Shown: piece by piece, positions 18,197 to 27,044 of the stretch
How positions within the stretch are numbered: the stretch's first letter is position 1
Layout: each line of letters begins with the position of its first letter
Virus record (IMG/VR): IMGVR_UViG_3300028377_000003
Coordinates: 1-64,000 of that record
DNA: 64,000 nucleotides
Reading direction: 5' to 3' (one strand)
Source of the DNA: an uncultured virus (IMG/VR IMGVR_UViG_3300028377_000003)
Taxonomy: Duplodnaviria > Heunggongvirae > Uroviricota > Caudoviricetes
The notes under the pieces: model-generated
The model's database searches: none
What the model saw: the letters and a program-made list of their open reading frames with translations, nothing else
Told to the model about the DNA's origin: nothing
Made by a program: the position numbers and the translations under genes

Positions 18197-18571
18197 TTAG
18201 ACGTCGTAGCCTTGTGAGATTGCTTTGCGGCCACACTCAGGGCAATGGGCCATACCTTCGTCGTCGTAATCCGGGGTGCCGCCGTCCGTGCCCTGCATCC
18301 AACCACAGTAAGCGTCTGAATCTCGAACCGCCTTGATATGCTTGCAATAGCGGTCTTGCTTCGGGTTGGGGCCACACCGGTATTCATAGGACGGACACGT
18401 ACACGACCAATCGAACTCTACCTCGTCCGTATACTTGTGGCTGTGAAGGTCACGCCGCACAGTGTACGTCTTGTCGCTGCTGCTTGATTCTACGACCTTG
18501 TGAAAGGCTTCCACGCTTGCACAGTGCCAATAGTATTCGGTGGTCAAATCGGGCATATCTTTTCCCAACAA
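18197..18571 (-). CDS. SWIM zinc-finger protein
   Basis: CTCPSY...YCKH SWIM motif plus C-terminal CPEC. Confidence 0.8.
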   Translation of the reverse strand: MLGKDMPDLTTEYYWHCASVEAFHKVVESSSSDKTYTVRRDLHSHKYTDEVEFDWSCTCPSYEYRCGPNPKQDRYCKHIKAVRDSDAYCGWMQGTDGGTPDYDDEGMAHCPECGRKAISQGYDV

Positions 18572-18577
18572 AGGGGG

Positions 18578-18856
18578 TTACATGAACAGGGTCAAAAATC
18601 CACCCAAGGCCCACGTCAACGTGACCGATATGAACATCGCGGCCAGTGACGTTAGCACCCATGCAGGGTCTTGGGTATCCTTTGAACCCATCGAACGGTT
18701 AAGGGTAGTGGCCATGAGCGTCATGCCTACAGCCACCACGTAAGGCAGCTCTTGTACCTCAAACGTAGGGACGAGGTACCAACCCCAAAGTTCCATGAAC
18801 ACAAAGGCCGCGTAAAACCTAAGCACGTAGGCCGCGCCTAGAAAAACCAAACTCAA
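18578..18856 (-). CDS. Small membrane protein
   Basis: Three hydrophobic segments. Confidence 0.6.
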   Translation of the reverse strand: MSLVFLGAAYVLRFYAAFVFMELWGWYLVPTFEVQELPYVVAVGMTLMATTLNRSMGSKDTQDPAWVLTSLAAMFISVTLTWALGGFLTLFM

Positions 18857-18918
18857 GGCGCATCCCGCCTCATCCTTTTTTCACTCTGATAATCCAACAT
18901 GTTACCACTTTTTGAAGA

Positions 18919-19191
18919 TCAGTAAATTTGAATGGTCCATTCGTAGTCGGGTGCGCCTTGTATGAATAAAATCGAAATGACCCAGCCCCCTTCCCCGTAC
19001 TCGTCTCTGAGCCACTGACGAACGAACTCGGGCATGTACCCTTTGTATTCAATCCGAACCGGGGAATATTCGTTCAAGTCGTCGGGGTCGTATCTACCAA
19101 GGCTGGAGTCAATTTCCGATTCCAGTTCCTCGAACAGGCTGCGGTGCCTTTCCTTGGCTTTATCGTTTATGTCGTCTCGGCTCAATACCAT
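18919..19191 (-). CDS. Hypothetical protein
   Basis: 90 aa; variant promoter TTGAC-N18-TATAAA at 19222-19251. Confidence 0.7.
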   Translation of the reverse strand: MVLSRDDINDKAKERHRSLFEELESEIDSSLGRYDPDDLNEYSPVRIEYKGYMPEFVRQWLRDEYGEGGWVISILFIQGAPDYEWTIQIY

Positions 19192-19257
19192 CGTAACTTC
19201 CCTTTTTGGAATCCTCGACCTTTATACCACACTATATAAGCACCGTCAAAAGGCTTT

Positions 19258-19581
19258 CTAGTCTACACCCAGCGCTTTGCGCTCTTCGGGGGTCAGCTTG
19301 TTCAACGCCCTCTGACGAAGTGATGGTGGAACGTGAACACTGCCTCCGACATACCAGTGTTCATCTTCGCCGAACACCGCCACAGTTTCGTGGTAAGATC
19401 CCTCGGAACCATACCACCCATCCTTTTTGGCGGCTTCAGCTTTGGCCCGTTCCTCGTCGTCCGTGATAAGTGTGAATTCCATCGACCGCTCGCCCGTGGC
19501 TTTGCTTACTTTCCACACGGGACGTATTTCACCGGGCCTGTCAGAGTCTTCGATTTCGATCTTAGGGGTGCTGTTACTCAT
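19258..19581 (-). CDS. Hypothetical protein
   Basis: 107 aa ending ALNKLTPEERKALG. Confidence 0.75.
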   Translation of the reverse strand: MSNSTPKIEIEDSDRPGEIRPVWKVSKATGERSMEFTLITDDEERAKAEAAKKDGWYGSEGSYHETVAVFGEDEHWYVGGSVHVPPSLRQRALNKLTPEERKALGVD

Positions 19582-19651
19582 AGGGTACCTCGCTGGCTAT
19601 GGAATCTACAACCGAAGGGCAGGGTCTACCTAACCCCTGCCCTTCGGAACT

Positions 19652-20155
19652 TTAACTCTTGACGATCGTTTCGAGCAACTCTTCGAACTTGTCGAAATTC
19701 ATCGACACCTTACCGGTGCCGTAGCGGTGGCTGATATCGAGGTTGACACCACGGGGGACTTTATCCCCGTTGTAATTGGTGCGCATTTCGAGGCCCAATT
19801 CCTGAAGGTTGGAAGCGATCCGCTTGGCTTGGGCCTCGCTATCTTCCCGCTTGGACTGGAGTTCCTCAGCACGGCGCTTGCTGGCCTCTTTCTCTTTGCG
19901 CTGTTTCTCAGCGTAAGCGGCCCACGGCTCGATGATTTCTTGCGCATCGAGCACAGACTCGCCACCCTCGCTACCATCGCTGCGGATGTAGACCGCTTTC
20001 ACACGGCGGCGACGTGCTTTGCCCCAATTCCGACGCCCATGAGGCTTCTTGAACTTGTCGATAGCGACAACACGCCTACGATCGTATGTCCCGTACTTTT
20101 GGTTCGGGCTACCACAGGCGTATTCTTCTCCGATTTCGATCTCTTTGAGCTTCAT
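19652..20155 (-). CDS. Hypothetical protein
   Basis: 167 aa; promoter at 20203-20232. Confidence 0.8.
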   Translation of the reverse strand: MKLKEIEIGEEYACGSPNQKYGTYDRRRVVAIDKFKKPHGRRNWGKARRRRVKAVYIRSDGSEGGESVLDAQEIIEPWAAYAEKQRKEKEASKRRAEELQSKREDSEAQAKRIASNLQELGLEMRTNYNGDKVPRGVNLDISHRYGTGKVSMNFDKFEELLETIVKS

Positions 20156-20202
20156 GATGTATCCTTGTCGTTTGCAAAAGGGTTATCGTCGTCGTCAATG
20201 CC

Positions 20203-20232
20203 TTATACCCTAGTTGTACCAGAGTGTCAAAA
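20203..20232 (-). promoter_or_regulatory. Conserved promoter copy
   Basis: TTTTGAC-N12-CTAGGGTATAAG. Confidence 0.8.
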
Positions 20233-20308
20233 AACTTCGGTATTGCTTTTGTAACCCGTTAAAGTGATCGGGTGAACTCGATAACCTTTTGCGGTTTCAC
20301 AAGGAAAA

Positions 20309-20719
20309 ATGATGGATGCTAACGCTATGCTTAATCGTATGCGCAGACTTGCGCAAGATCCAGAGCGCCGAAAGGAGCTTATGCCTTTGATCAAACAGGC
20401 GTTGAAAAAGACTGCGGCTTCCGTGGTTAACGTCGAGGTTGTTCGAATGGCAGGGACTTCGGGACTGGAAGTAACTATTGATCCAAGTCTTGCCATGTAT
20501 GACGGCAAGCTACCGGTAGAGGGGATCAATCTGGCAGCCAAGCGGGCAAAGAAAGCTGTGCGAAAAACCGCTGAAAGGCTCATGCGTGATCGCCTACTTG
20601 CTTCGGAAATGTCCGTTGATTTCGAACCCAAGACTCACCACATTGTGATCATCATCGAAGTTTCGAACCCCACCGAGGATGATGCTGAGGCTTTCAAAAA
20701 GAACCTTCGTGTTGGATGA
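20309..20719 (+). CDS. Hypothetical protein with leader-like N-terminus
   Basis: MRRLAQDPERRKELMPLIKQALKKTA resembles the shared LIKL peptide. Confidence 0.7.
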   Translation: MMDANAMLNRMRRLAQDPERRKELMPLIKQALKKTAASVVNVEVVRMAGTSGLEVTIDPSLAMYDGKLPVEGINLAAKRAKKAVRKTAERLMRDRLLASEMSVDFEPKTHHIVIIIEVSNPTEDDAEAFKKNLRVG

Positions 20720-20737
20720 TCCACAGGGACGTCTATT

Positions 20738-21490
20738 ATGAGTGATCCACTACATGTACGGCTTGCGGGTGTTGCAAAGCGGCTAAAGAGATTTGCCGGT
20801 CAAAGCCAATATCTCGATGACACGCTGCGGAAAGTCCTTCAGGCTTCTGAGGATGGCCGTTTCTTATCCGAGCACTACAGACCTATCTCGAAGCTCACCA
20901 AGAGGTTTTTCGGTCCTGATATGGTGGTCTATGGGTCCAAGACCTATGAAAAGGGCGGCCATCGTCGGTTCGATTGGTATATCGCCGACGCCCCGAGCAA
21001 ATTAGATTTCACTGTTCGGATGCTTCGGGACGAAGACACTCAAGAATATGCCCTGCAGGTAGTTCACGGGGACCGTCGCACTACGATCCCCAAAGGCAGC
21101 ACGTTGGCATGGTTTGAAGATCCCGCCTATGCCTTTAAGCGACTTGATGACTACCTCAAACAGTACAAGCGCCAAGCCTCCCGTCGCCAATATGCTGCGG
21201 ACCGTCGCCAATATGCTGCGGATACCAAAGGCATCGAACGGGCTATCAAAAAGGCTTTGGAATGGGGTGGAGCCGAAGAGTTCGATGATCTCTTCACCTA
21301 TCCCGGTGGCCAGACAGTCGTAGGGATTGCCTTTATCCCTGCCGATGAAGTCAACACGTATTCCATCGAGCGCCGGGCCAAAAAGGAACTCCGCCGTTAC
21401 ATGGATTCCATCGACGAGATTTTCGTGGAAACCGCACCTTCACACCGAAGCGGGTACCACGACACTTCGATCACAGTAGAGTTAAAATGA
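20738..21490 (+). CDS. Hypothetical two-domain protein
   Basis: 250 aa; in-frame 21-nt duplication (RRQYAAD x2) at 21181-21222 in the linker. Confidence 0.8.
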   Translation: MSDPLHVRLAGVAKRLKRFAGQSQYLDDTLRKVLQASEDGRFLSEHYRPISKLTKRFFGPDMVVYGSKTYEKGGHRRFDWYIADAPSKLDFTVRMLRDEDTQEYALQVVHGDRRTTIPKGSTLAWFEDPAYAFKRLDDYLKQYKRQASRRQYAADRRQYAADTKGIERAIKKALEWGGAEEFDDLFTYPGGQTVVGIAFIPADEVNTYSIERRAKKELRRYMDSIDEIFVETAPSHRSGYHDTSITVELK

Positions 21491-21978
21491 GTGACGTAAT
21501 TGACAACGAATACCGCACGATTGGAAGGGCCGGTTTCCATACCGGAAACAGCGGCCTTTACATGACCATCTTGGACAAGGGCTTTGGTCCTACCCTGAGA
21601 TGGACCGTCAGTTCCATGAGCTTGACCTCGTGTTCATTCGAGATCAACGTAGACCCCAGCGTCTTTGAACAGTTGATGTGGCTCTCGATTGGGGCCGCCA
21701 CCAACCCTAAAGACTACCCGGACAATATTCTGGACCCTCCCGGTGCTGACGTGAGCTTTGGCAACCGCGAAGCCGCTTTGCTTTACGACCAAATGTCTGT
21801 GATCAGCCCTACAGGGAAAGTCGTTATTGGCTACAAAGCAGATCCCAACCTTCAGTTTTACATCGAAGGAAAGTCGCACGGGGTCCCCAGCTTCGAAGCA
21901 CACATCAAAACGACCCGCATGGCTTTCGTTGATCTAGCCCAGCTTTTCTGGATAGGGCCAATCATGGCCCGGCCTTAG
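21487..21978 (+). CDS. Hypothetical protein
   Basis: ATGA overlap with the upstream gene. Confidence 0.7.
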   Translation: MSDVIDNEYRTIGRAGFHTGNSGLYMTILDKGFGPTLRWTVSSMSLTSCSFEINVDPSVFEQLMWLSIGAATNPKDYPDNILDPPGADVSFGNREAALLYDQMSVISPTGKVVIGYKADPNLQFYIEGKSHGVPSFEAHIKTTRMAFVDLAQLFWIGPIMARP

Positions 21979-22079
21979 CACCACTTGAAAAGCAAAGCGA
22001 TAGCGATCATCACCAAGCAAGTTTTTTAAGAATCTGGAAGTCCGCTTTTCATACCACTTTTCGTTGAAGTGATTGCGTA

Positions 22080-22706
22080 TCATTCTGCGGCGTCGGCGGG
22101 TTCTTCGATCACTTCGGATTCTTCATCTACGCCAAGCACTTCATCGAGCGTGTATAGCGAATGGCAACTCAACCCATTCGCTTCCAAAAGTTCGGGACCG
22201 CCTTGCTGTCGATCAACCACGCATAAGGTCGCCGGAACATGATAGCCTGCATCCCGAATCCTTTGAACCGCTTTGAGCGTCGAATTGCCTGTTGTTATCA
22301 CATCGTCAACCACAAGAATCGAATCCTGACCCGGTTGGATTTCGCCCCCGACCTCCAGCCAGTTCATGGTCCCGTGATCTTTAGGTTTCTTACGTACCAG
22401 AATGCCAGCTAAGGAACCGTGGGCTAGCGCATGAGCCGCGAACAAGGTCGACGAGACGATGGGGTCAGCGCCTAACGTAAGGCCGCCAACTCCACGGCAC
22501 CCCGGAAACTGTTCTTGGATATAGGCTATGATCGCAGAGCCAATCAGGTACGACCCCCGCGAATCAAGGGCCACCTTGCGCACGTCCAGATACGTATCGC
22601 TTTGTTCACCCGAAGCTAGAATGAAATTGCCCTTTTGAAGCGCCACCGTTTGCAATAGGTGCAGAAGTGAAGCGCGTTGCGATACGTTAAGCTGGTGTGT
22701 ATTCAA
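22080..22706 (-). CDS. pyrE: Orotate phosphoribosyltransferase
   Basis: GNFILASG..SDTYLD, GLTLGADPI, VRKKPKDHG, PRPP-binding LVVDDVITTGNS. Confidence 0.93.
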   Translation of the reverse strand: MNTHQLNVSQRASLLHLLQTVALQKGNFILASGEQSDTYLDVRKVALDSRGSYLIGSAIIAYIQEQFPGCRGVGGLTLGADPIVSSTLFAAHALAHGSLAGILVRKKPKDHGTMNWLEVGGEIQPGQDSILVVDDVITTGNSTLKAVQRIRDAGYHVPATLCVVDRQQGGPELLEANGLSCHSLYTLDEVLGVDEESEVIEEPADAAE

Positions 22707-22935
22707 GGCCAGTAATCCTTCGTTATGGGCTCTTCGCCAAGGATATCTTCTTCCGGGATCGATAGTGTTTGATAGTACATTTCGCCCGGAACGTCAACCT
22801 GAATATCAAAATGATCATAGCACGTATCGTAACTCCACGAACCCACACTGGCCTCGTCGCCATATTCCTCTTGGGCTTTCGCTTCCAGTAAGGACTCTAC
22901 CGTTTTGAAAGCCAGTCGTAACATGGCTTGGCTGC

Positions 22936-23334
22936 TCATATCCATACCCTCGATTCGTAGAAGTCAGGTTCGTGTGGTAGCTCCATGTACTCCTCGATGG
23001 CTTTGACCATCTCGACCCCATCTTTCGGGGCCGTCGAAGAGCGGGCTTGTCCCAGCGTCTCGTAATAACAGTAGAAGATAAGGGCCGCGTGGTTGCCCAT
23101 CTTGCCCGTCTCATCACCACCGGGGCAGTTGGCCTTGGAAAAATCAACCACCCACTCAGTGCCGCCGAACGTGACCTCAGCGTACAGCGCACCATCGTCG
23201 ATGTAATCGATATCGAAATAGGAAAAGCCGATCGTATCAGCCCTATCTTCCATCTCGTGGATCAAAGCCTCGGCCTGTTCCCAGCCGTCGACTTTGAAGT
23301 CCACGATTTCAGCGTCTTGCCAAGTATTACTCAT
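22936..23334 (-). CDS. Acidic hypothetical protein
   Basis: 132 aa, ATGA-coupled to its neighbour. Confidence 0.7.
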   Translation of the reverse strand: MSNTWQDAEIVDFKVDGWEQAEALIHEMEDRADTIGFSYFDIDYIDDGALYAEVTFGGTEWVVDFSKANCPGGDETGKMGNHAALIFYCYYETLGQARSSTAPKDGVEMVKAIEEYMELPHEPDFYESRVWI

Positions 23335-23585
23335 GCGTCGTCCCCTCTAAGCCACGCCTCTACCTTTTCGGGGCTACCGTAACACCCAGCGGGAAGCTCC
23401 ATCGTGATGTAGCGCAGCGTGTCGTACAGAGCTTGCTGGTGTGCCTTATCCGCAAAGGGTAGGGCCTCGTGAACCTTATTTTTCAAAAGCAACTGTGTGA
23501 AGCGCCCCGGAGCCAGCCGACGCTCGACGTACCGGTCCAGAGTCGCTTTCATGTTGGGCGGCAGGTAGTAGCCTTGGTTGCTCAT
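23331..23585 (-). CDS. Hypothetical phage protein
   Basis: MSNQGYYLPPNMK...PGRF...LPAGCYGSPEKVEAWL. Confidence 0.65.
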   Translation of the reverse strand: MSNQGYYLPPNMKATLDRYVERRLAPGRFTQLLLKNKVHEALPFADKAHQQALYDTLRYITMELPAGCYGSPEKVEAWLRGDDA

Positions 23586-24652
23586 AGGGGAAGACCTCAG
23601 TAGCTCGTTGTGTGGATCGTTCGTAGATGCGAAGACGGATATCCAATCGCCCCGTCTTTTCATGCAACAGGTGTAGGATCGGCCAAAACCTCGTCCGACT
23701 GTCACAGGTACCTTCGGCATAGAGACGGTCTTTGGCGTCATATGCCCGGAACCGCCAAGGGTGTTCCACCGAATCGAAATTTGCGCCTTCCTTTAGGATT
23801 CCATCGCCCAACAGATTGGCGGTCTGCAAAAAGAGATCGAAACCTTTATGCTGCACTGGCAAGGCGTTCGGGTGCTTCTTCACGGGATACATCCTTACGT
23901 CGTAGTAGCTTGATTTCTGTAGCGTCGTATTTGCGGGGCTTGTTGCCGAAACCCGTCCATTCGGAAGTATCAACCACGAACCCGGCCCATTCCAAGGATC
24001 CCACTGCAGTCAGGGTATCGTCCACCGGGACCACGACGGTTTTGATAACGCCGGTGCCCGTGGTTTCCACAGCCACGACCGGCACTTCTACGGCGTCCAT
24101 CAATGACGAAAGCTCTTCCCATTTCATTGTGTACCCTTGTGCTTGTTCGTCATTCATAGTCTTAGCCTCGTATCGTGTGGTCAAAAACTTATACCACAGA
24201 ACTAGCACAGCGTCAAAAGGAATCCTTGGTCAATACGGCCAATTCATCGAAAGGCTCCAGCGTCTTTTCGTCGTGGTCAACCACTACCCAATCCAATCCG
24301 CAACGACATTCGATAAGCGTACCGTGGCTGTGCTGTCCAAGGCTGTGAAGTTCACCACAGGCGCAGTCGTCGGTCACGCCTTGCCGTTGTGTCTGCTCGA
24401 TTGCGACTTCGAGCATGTGGTTAAGATCAGAGGTTCTATCTTCGGTGAGGTATTTGGCTTGGCCTACATTAGCAGACCGTCGATACAAAAAGGGGTTAAG
24501 CGGACCGGGTGTTTCAGCCATAACGTCCCTAGTGTTCAAGTAGTGTTACGTATTGCTCTGGAAACCAGATTGCCCTGTGCTGGGGGTTGCAAGCCAAGGC
24601 CCAGCCGGGCTCTTTTCTGAGTTAGAGGGCCAGCCCACCCTGTAACTCTACT

Positions 24653-25138
24653 CTAAGTCCCCTCGGAGGGGCCTCGGTCTTGGTCCTCATCTTGGAGGGC
24701 GTCGAGGGCCTCAAAGCCCTCTTTCCACGGCCCGATGTCGTAAAAGTCTTTTGCCGACGTGACCGAAGTGTAGCACCCCGTCTCGAACATGTTGTTGGTG
24801 ACGTCCTCGTAGCTGTAACCTATAGATTTCAGGTACGTCGGCGGCACTTCCCGGTCCGGGGCCAAGGTCAAATCCAACAGTTCACCCTTGTAAGTCAGCC
24901 AAGCGTGCTCAAAGGGGATAATCGCATGGACCCAGCCTTCACGGTATTCGAGGTCCAGACCAAACGAACGTCGTTCGTTTTCGATGAACAACAATTGGCT
25001 GTTGTAAAAACAGCCCTTGAGCTGCGGGCGGAAACCAATGGCCCGAATCAATTCCTTGACCGGCTCCGGGTGATGCGCCCAAGGTACGGGGCACCACCCG
25101 TGCTTCACGTAATGGCTGAAGCGGTCTTCGCTGTTCAT
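24653..25138 (-). CDS. Hypothetical protein, possibly transglutaminase/papain-like
   Basis: GCFYNSQ...YREGW...HAWL...LLDLT (Cys-His-Asp order). Confidence 0.65.
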   Translation of the reverse strand: MNSEDRFSHYVKHGWCPVPWAHHPEPVKELIRAIGFRPQLKGCFYNSQLLFIENERRSFGLDLEYREGWVHAIIPFEHAWLTYKGELLDLTLAPDREVPPTYLKSIGYSYEDVTNNMFETGCYTSVTSAKDFYDIGPWKEGFEALDALQDEDQDRGPSEGT

Positions 25139-25518
25139 CGGGCGTCCCCTCGGAGGGCCTCCTCAACGGCCATGTGTGCCCTCTGAGTCGCTTCCCATTG
25201 GGCAAGGTTGTTGCCCACGGCGTCGACAACACCCACGTTCAACCCTTCGTTTTCAAGGTACTCGACAAGCGCTTGCATATCTTCGTAGCTGTTGCCGCCC
25301 ACATTGAAACTGAAAAGACGGTCGGTATTTTCGGAGGGATGCGTCCACTTGCTGTAGATGGTGGCGAAATGGCCGTCATCGTCTTCGAGTTGGTACCAGT
25401 CCATGTACTGGTCATCGCAGAAACCATTAGGGTCGCCGAACAGTGCTTTCAGTTGGGCAGGGACCAGTTCTACATATCCCTGAAGGTGGCCGCCGTAGTT
25501 ATCAGTCTTTTTGAACAT
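25135..25518 (-). CDS. Hypothetical protein
   Basis: 127 aa; promoter at 25562-25598. Confidence 0.75.
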   Translation of the reverse strand: MFKKTDNYGGHLQGYVELVPAQLKALFGDPNGFCDDQYMDWYQLEDDDGHFATIYSKWTHPSENTDRLFSFNVGGNSYEDMQALVEYLENEGLNVGVVDAVGNNLAQWEATQRAHMAVEEALRGDAR

Positions 25519-25561
25519 GCCGTGTCTCCTGTCGTTGTCAAGGGTTAGTCGTCGTCTCTTG

Positions 25562-25598
25562 CACTAACCTATACCCTAACAACGGGGAGTCGTCAAAA
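25562..25598 (-). promoter_or_regulatory. Conserved promoter copy
   Basis: TTTTGAC...TTAGGGTATAGGTTAGTG. Confidence 0.85.
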
Positions 25599-25659
25599 GA
25601 AATCTCTGCAGAGGGCCTACAGGGGGAACGCCGGGCGGACTGGAGTGGAGTTAGAGGGT

Positions 25660-26037
25660 TTAGATGCGTTCAAACTCTCGTTTATCCCAATAATCGAGGT
25701 AATGCTGGACCTGTCCCTCGACGTCTAGGGACTTACCGTTTTTGTGCCGCCAATACGATAGCAGTACGATACCAGACATGTCATCCGCGTGGGTTATGCC
25801 ATAGTCGACAAACCACTCATACAAGGGGCCTTCCTTTTCCCAAAATTTCCACGTGTTCCGAAGCCACCCTCCCATCCGGTAAGATTGTGCCCGCCACATT
25901 TCTTCTGAGTATTCAAGCACAAGATCACGCTCGTCCGGGAAAATGATTTCATCGAGGACGTCGAAGGCTTCTTCCAGCGTAGTCGGAATAGGGGCTTCTT
26001 CAAACTCCCCATCTTTGAATCGGTTTATGATAGGCAT
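25660..26037 (-). CDS. Hypothetical protein (GxWLRNxW / HADDMS motif)
   Basis: GGWLRNTW...GITHADDMSGIVL. Confidence 0.75.
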   Translation of the reverse strand: MPIINRFKDGEFEEAPIPTTLEEAFDVLDEIIFPDERDLVLEYSEEMWRAQSYRMGGWLRNTWKFWEKEGPLYEWFVDYGITHADDMSGIVLLSYWRHKNGKSLDVEGQVQHYLDYWDKREFERI

Positions 26038-26038
26038 A

Positions 26039-26770
26039 TCACGTTTCCAGCACTGCGTAATCGTACTTCCCGTTCCCGCGCACCATGTCGATACACTGCC
26101 ACTTGCAACCGTCGATTTCCCCGGACCAATTGAAATGGTAATGCCCGAAGTACCAGCGCTCAGGTTTTACGACCGTGCGTACATGCTCTAGGAACTTCCG
26201 ATTGTTGTCGAAATTCTCTTTGGCACCCGACCCGTTGTGAATCCGTAAAGGCTTTGCCATGCTGAATCCAGCCGGACAATCGTGGCTGATCACGGTATGA
26301 ATGTTCTCGGCTCCCACCTCTTCGATGGTATCCATCACCCGTTCTTCGTCCTCGTAAGATATGTTTTCGCCGGGCCACCAATCTTTTCCAGCGGTGCGCC
26401 AGATTCGATCGATAGACGATGCCCCTCCGATGAACAGGATGCCGTCTTCGAAAGCACCACGCTCTTTGTACTCCCACCGTTTCAGGAAATCTTGCCATTC
26501 ACGAGGCCACAGGACATGGTACGGATCGTACCCAAAATTAGGATCGCCCCGATTAGAAAGCATCTCGTGGTTATCGTGATTGCCGTCGATAAACCAGAGG
26601 ATTTCTTCGTACTTGGTTTTCCACGGCTTGACGCCCGCAAAACCAAAGCCCATGTCACCTAGCTGAATGATTCGATCAAAAGGACCCTCCTTGCGGCGGG
26701 CGTGATCAATCAGGTCATCAGCGCTTCCCCATGCACTGTGTACGTCTGGTAGTAGCAATGAACGTGTCAC
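26039..26770 (-). CDS. Calcineurin-like metallophosphoesterase
   Basis: DVH, GDMG, GNHD, SHDCP and GHYH motifs. Confidence 0.92.
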   Translation of the reverse strand: MTRSLLLPDVHSAWGSADDLIDHARRKEGPFDRIIQLGDMGFGFAGVKPWKTKYEEILWFIDGNHDNHEMLSNRGDPNFGYDPYHVLWPREWQDFLKRWEYKERGAFEDGILFIGGASSIDRIWRTAGKDWWPGENISYEDEERVMDTIEEVGAENIHTVISHDCPAGFSMAKPLRIHNGSGAKENFDNNRKFLEHVRTVVKPERWYFGHYHFNWSGEIDGCKWQCIDMVRGNGKYDYAVLET

Positions 26771-27044
26771 TTAAACACCTAAATCTTTGATTTCTTGCAA
26801 CATGTGGTCGAGAATTTCCGGTCCCCCACTCATTTGGTACTGAACGAGTTCATACAGATCACCCAACTGTTGCTTTTCTTGATCTGTTTCCGGTTGGTAA
26901 ATGTACGTAACCCCTGCATAGAGTGCTTGGATGCGTACAACAGGTTCTGGGACCTTGACATCGTTAACCTCAAGCAAGATAACGAGGTTAGATCCGTCTA
27001 AAGAAGGAGGTCTTGTGGTGAATGACATGCTTAAGGAGCCTTGG

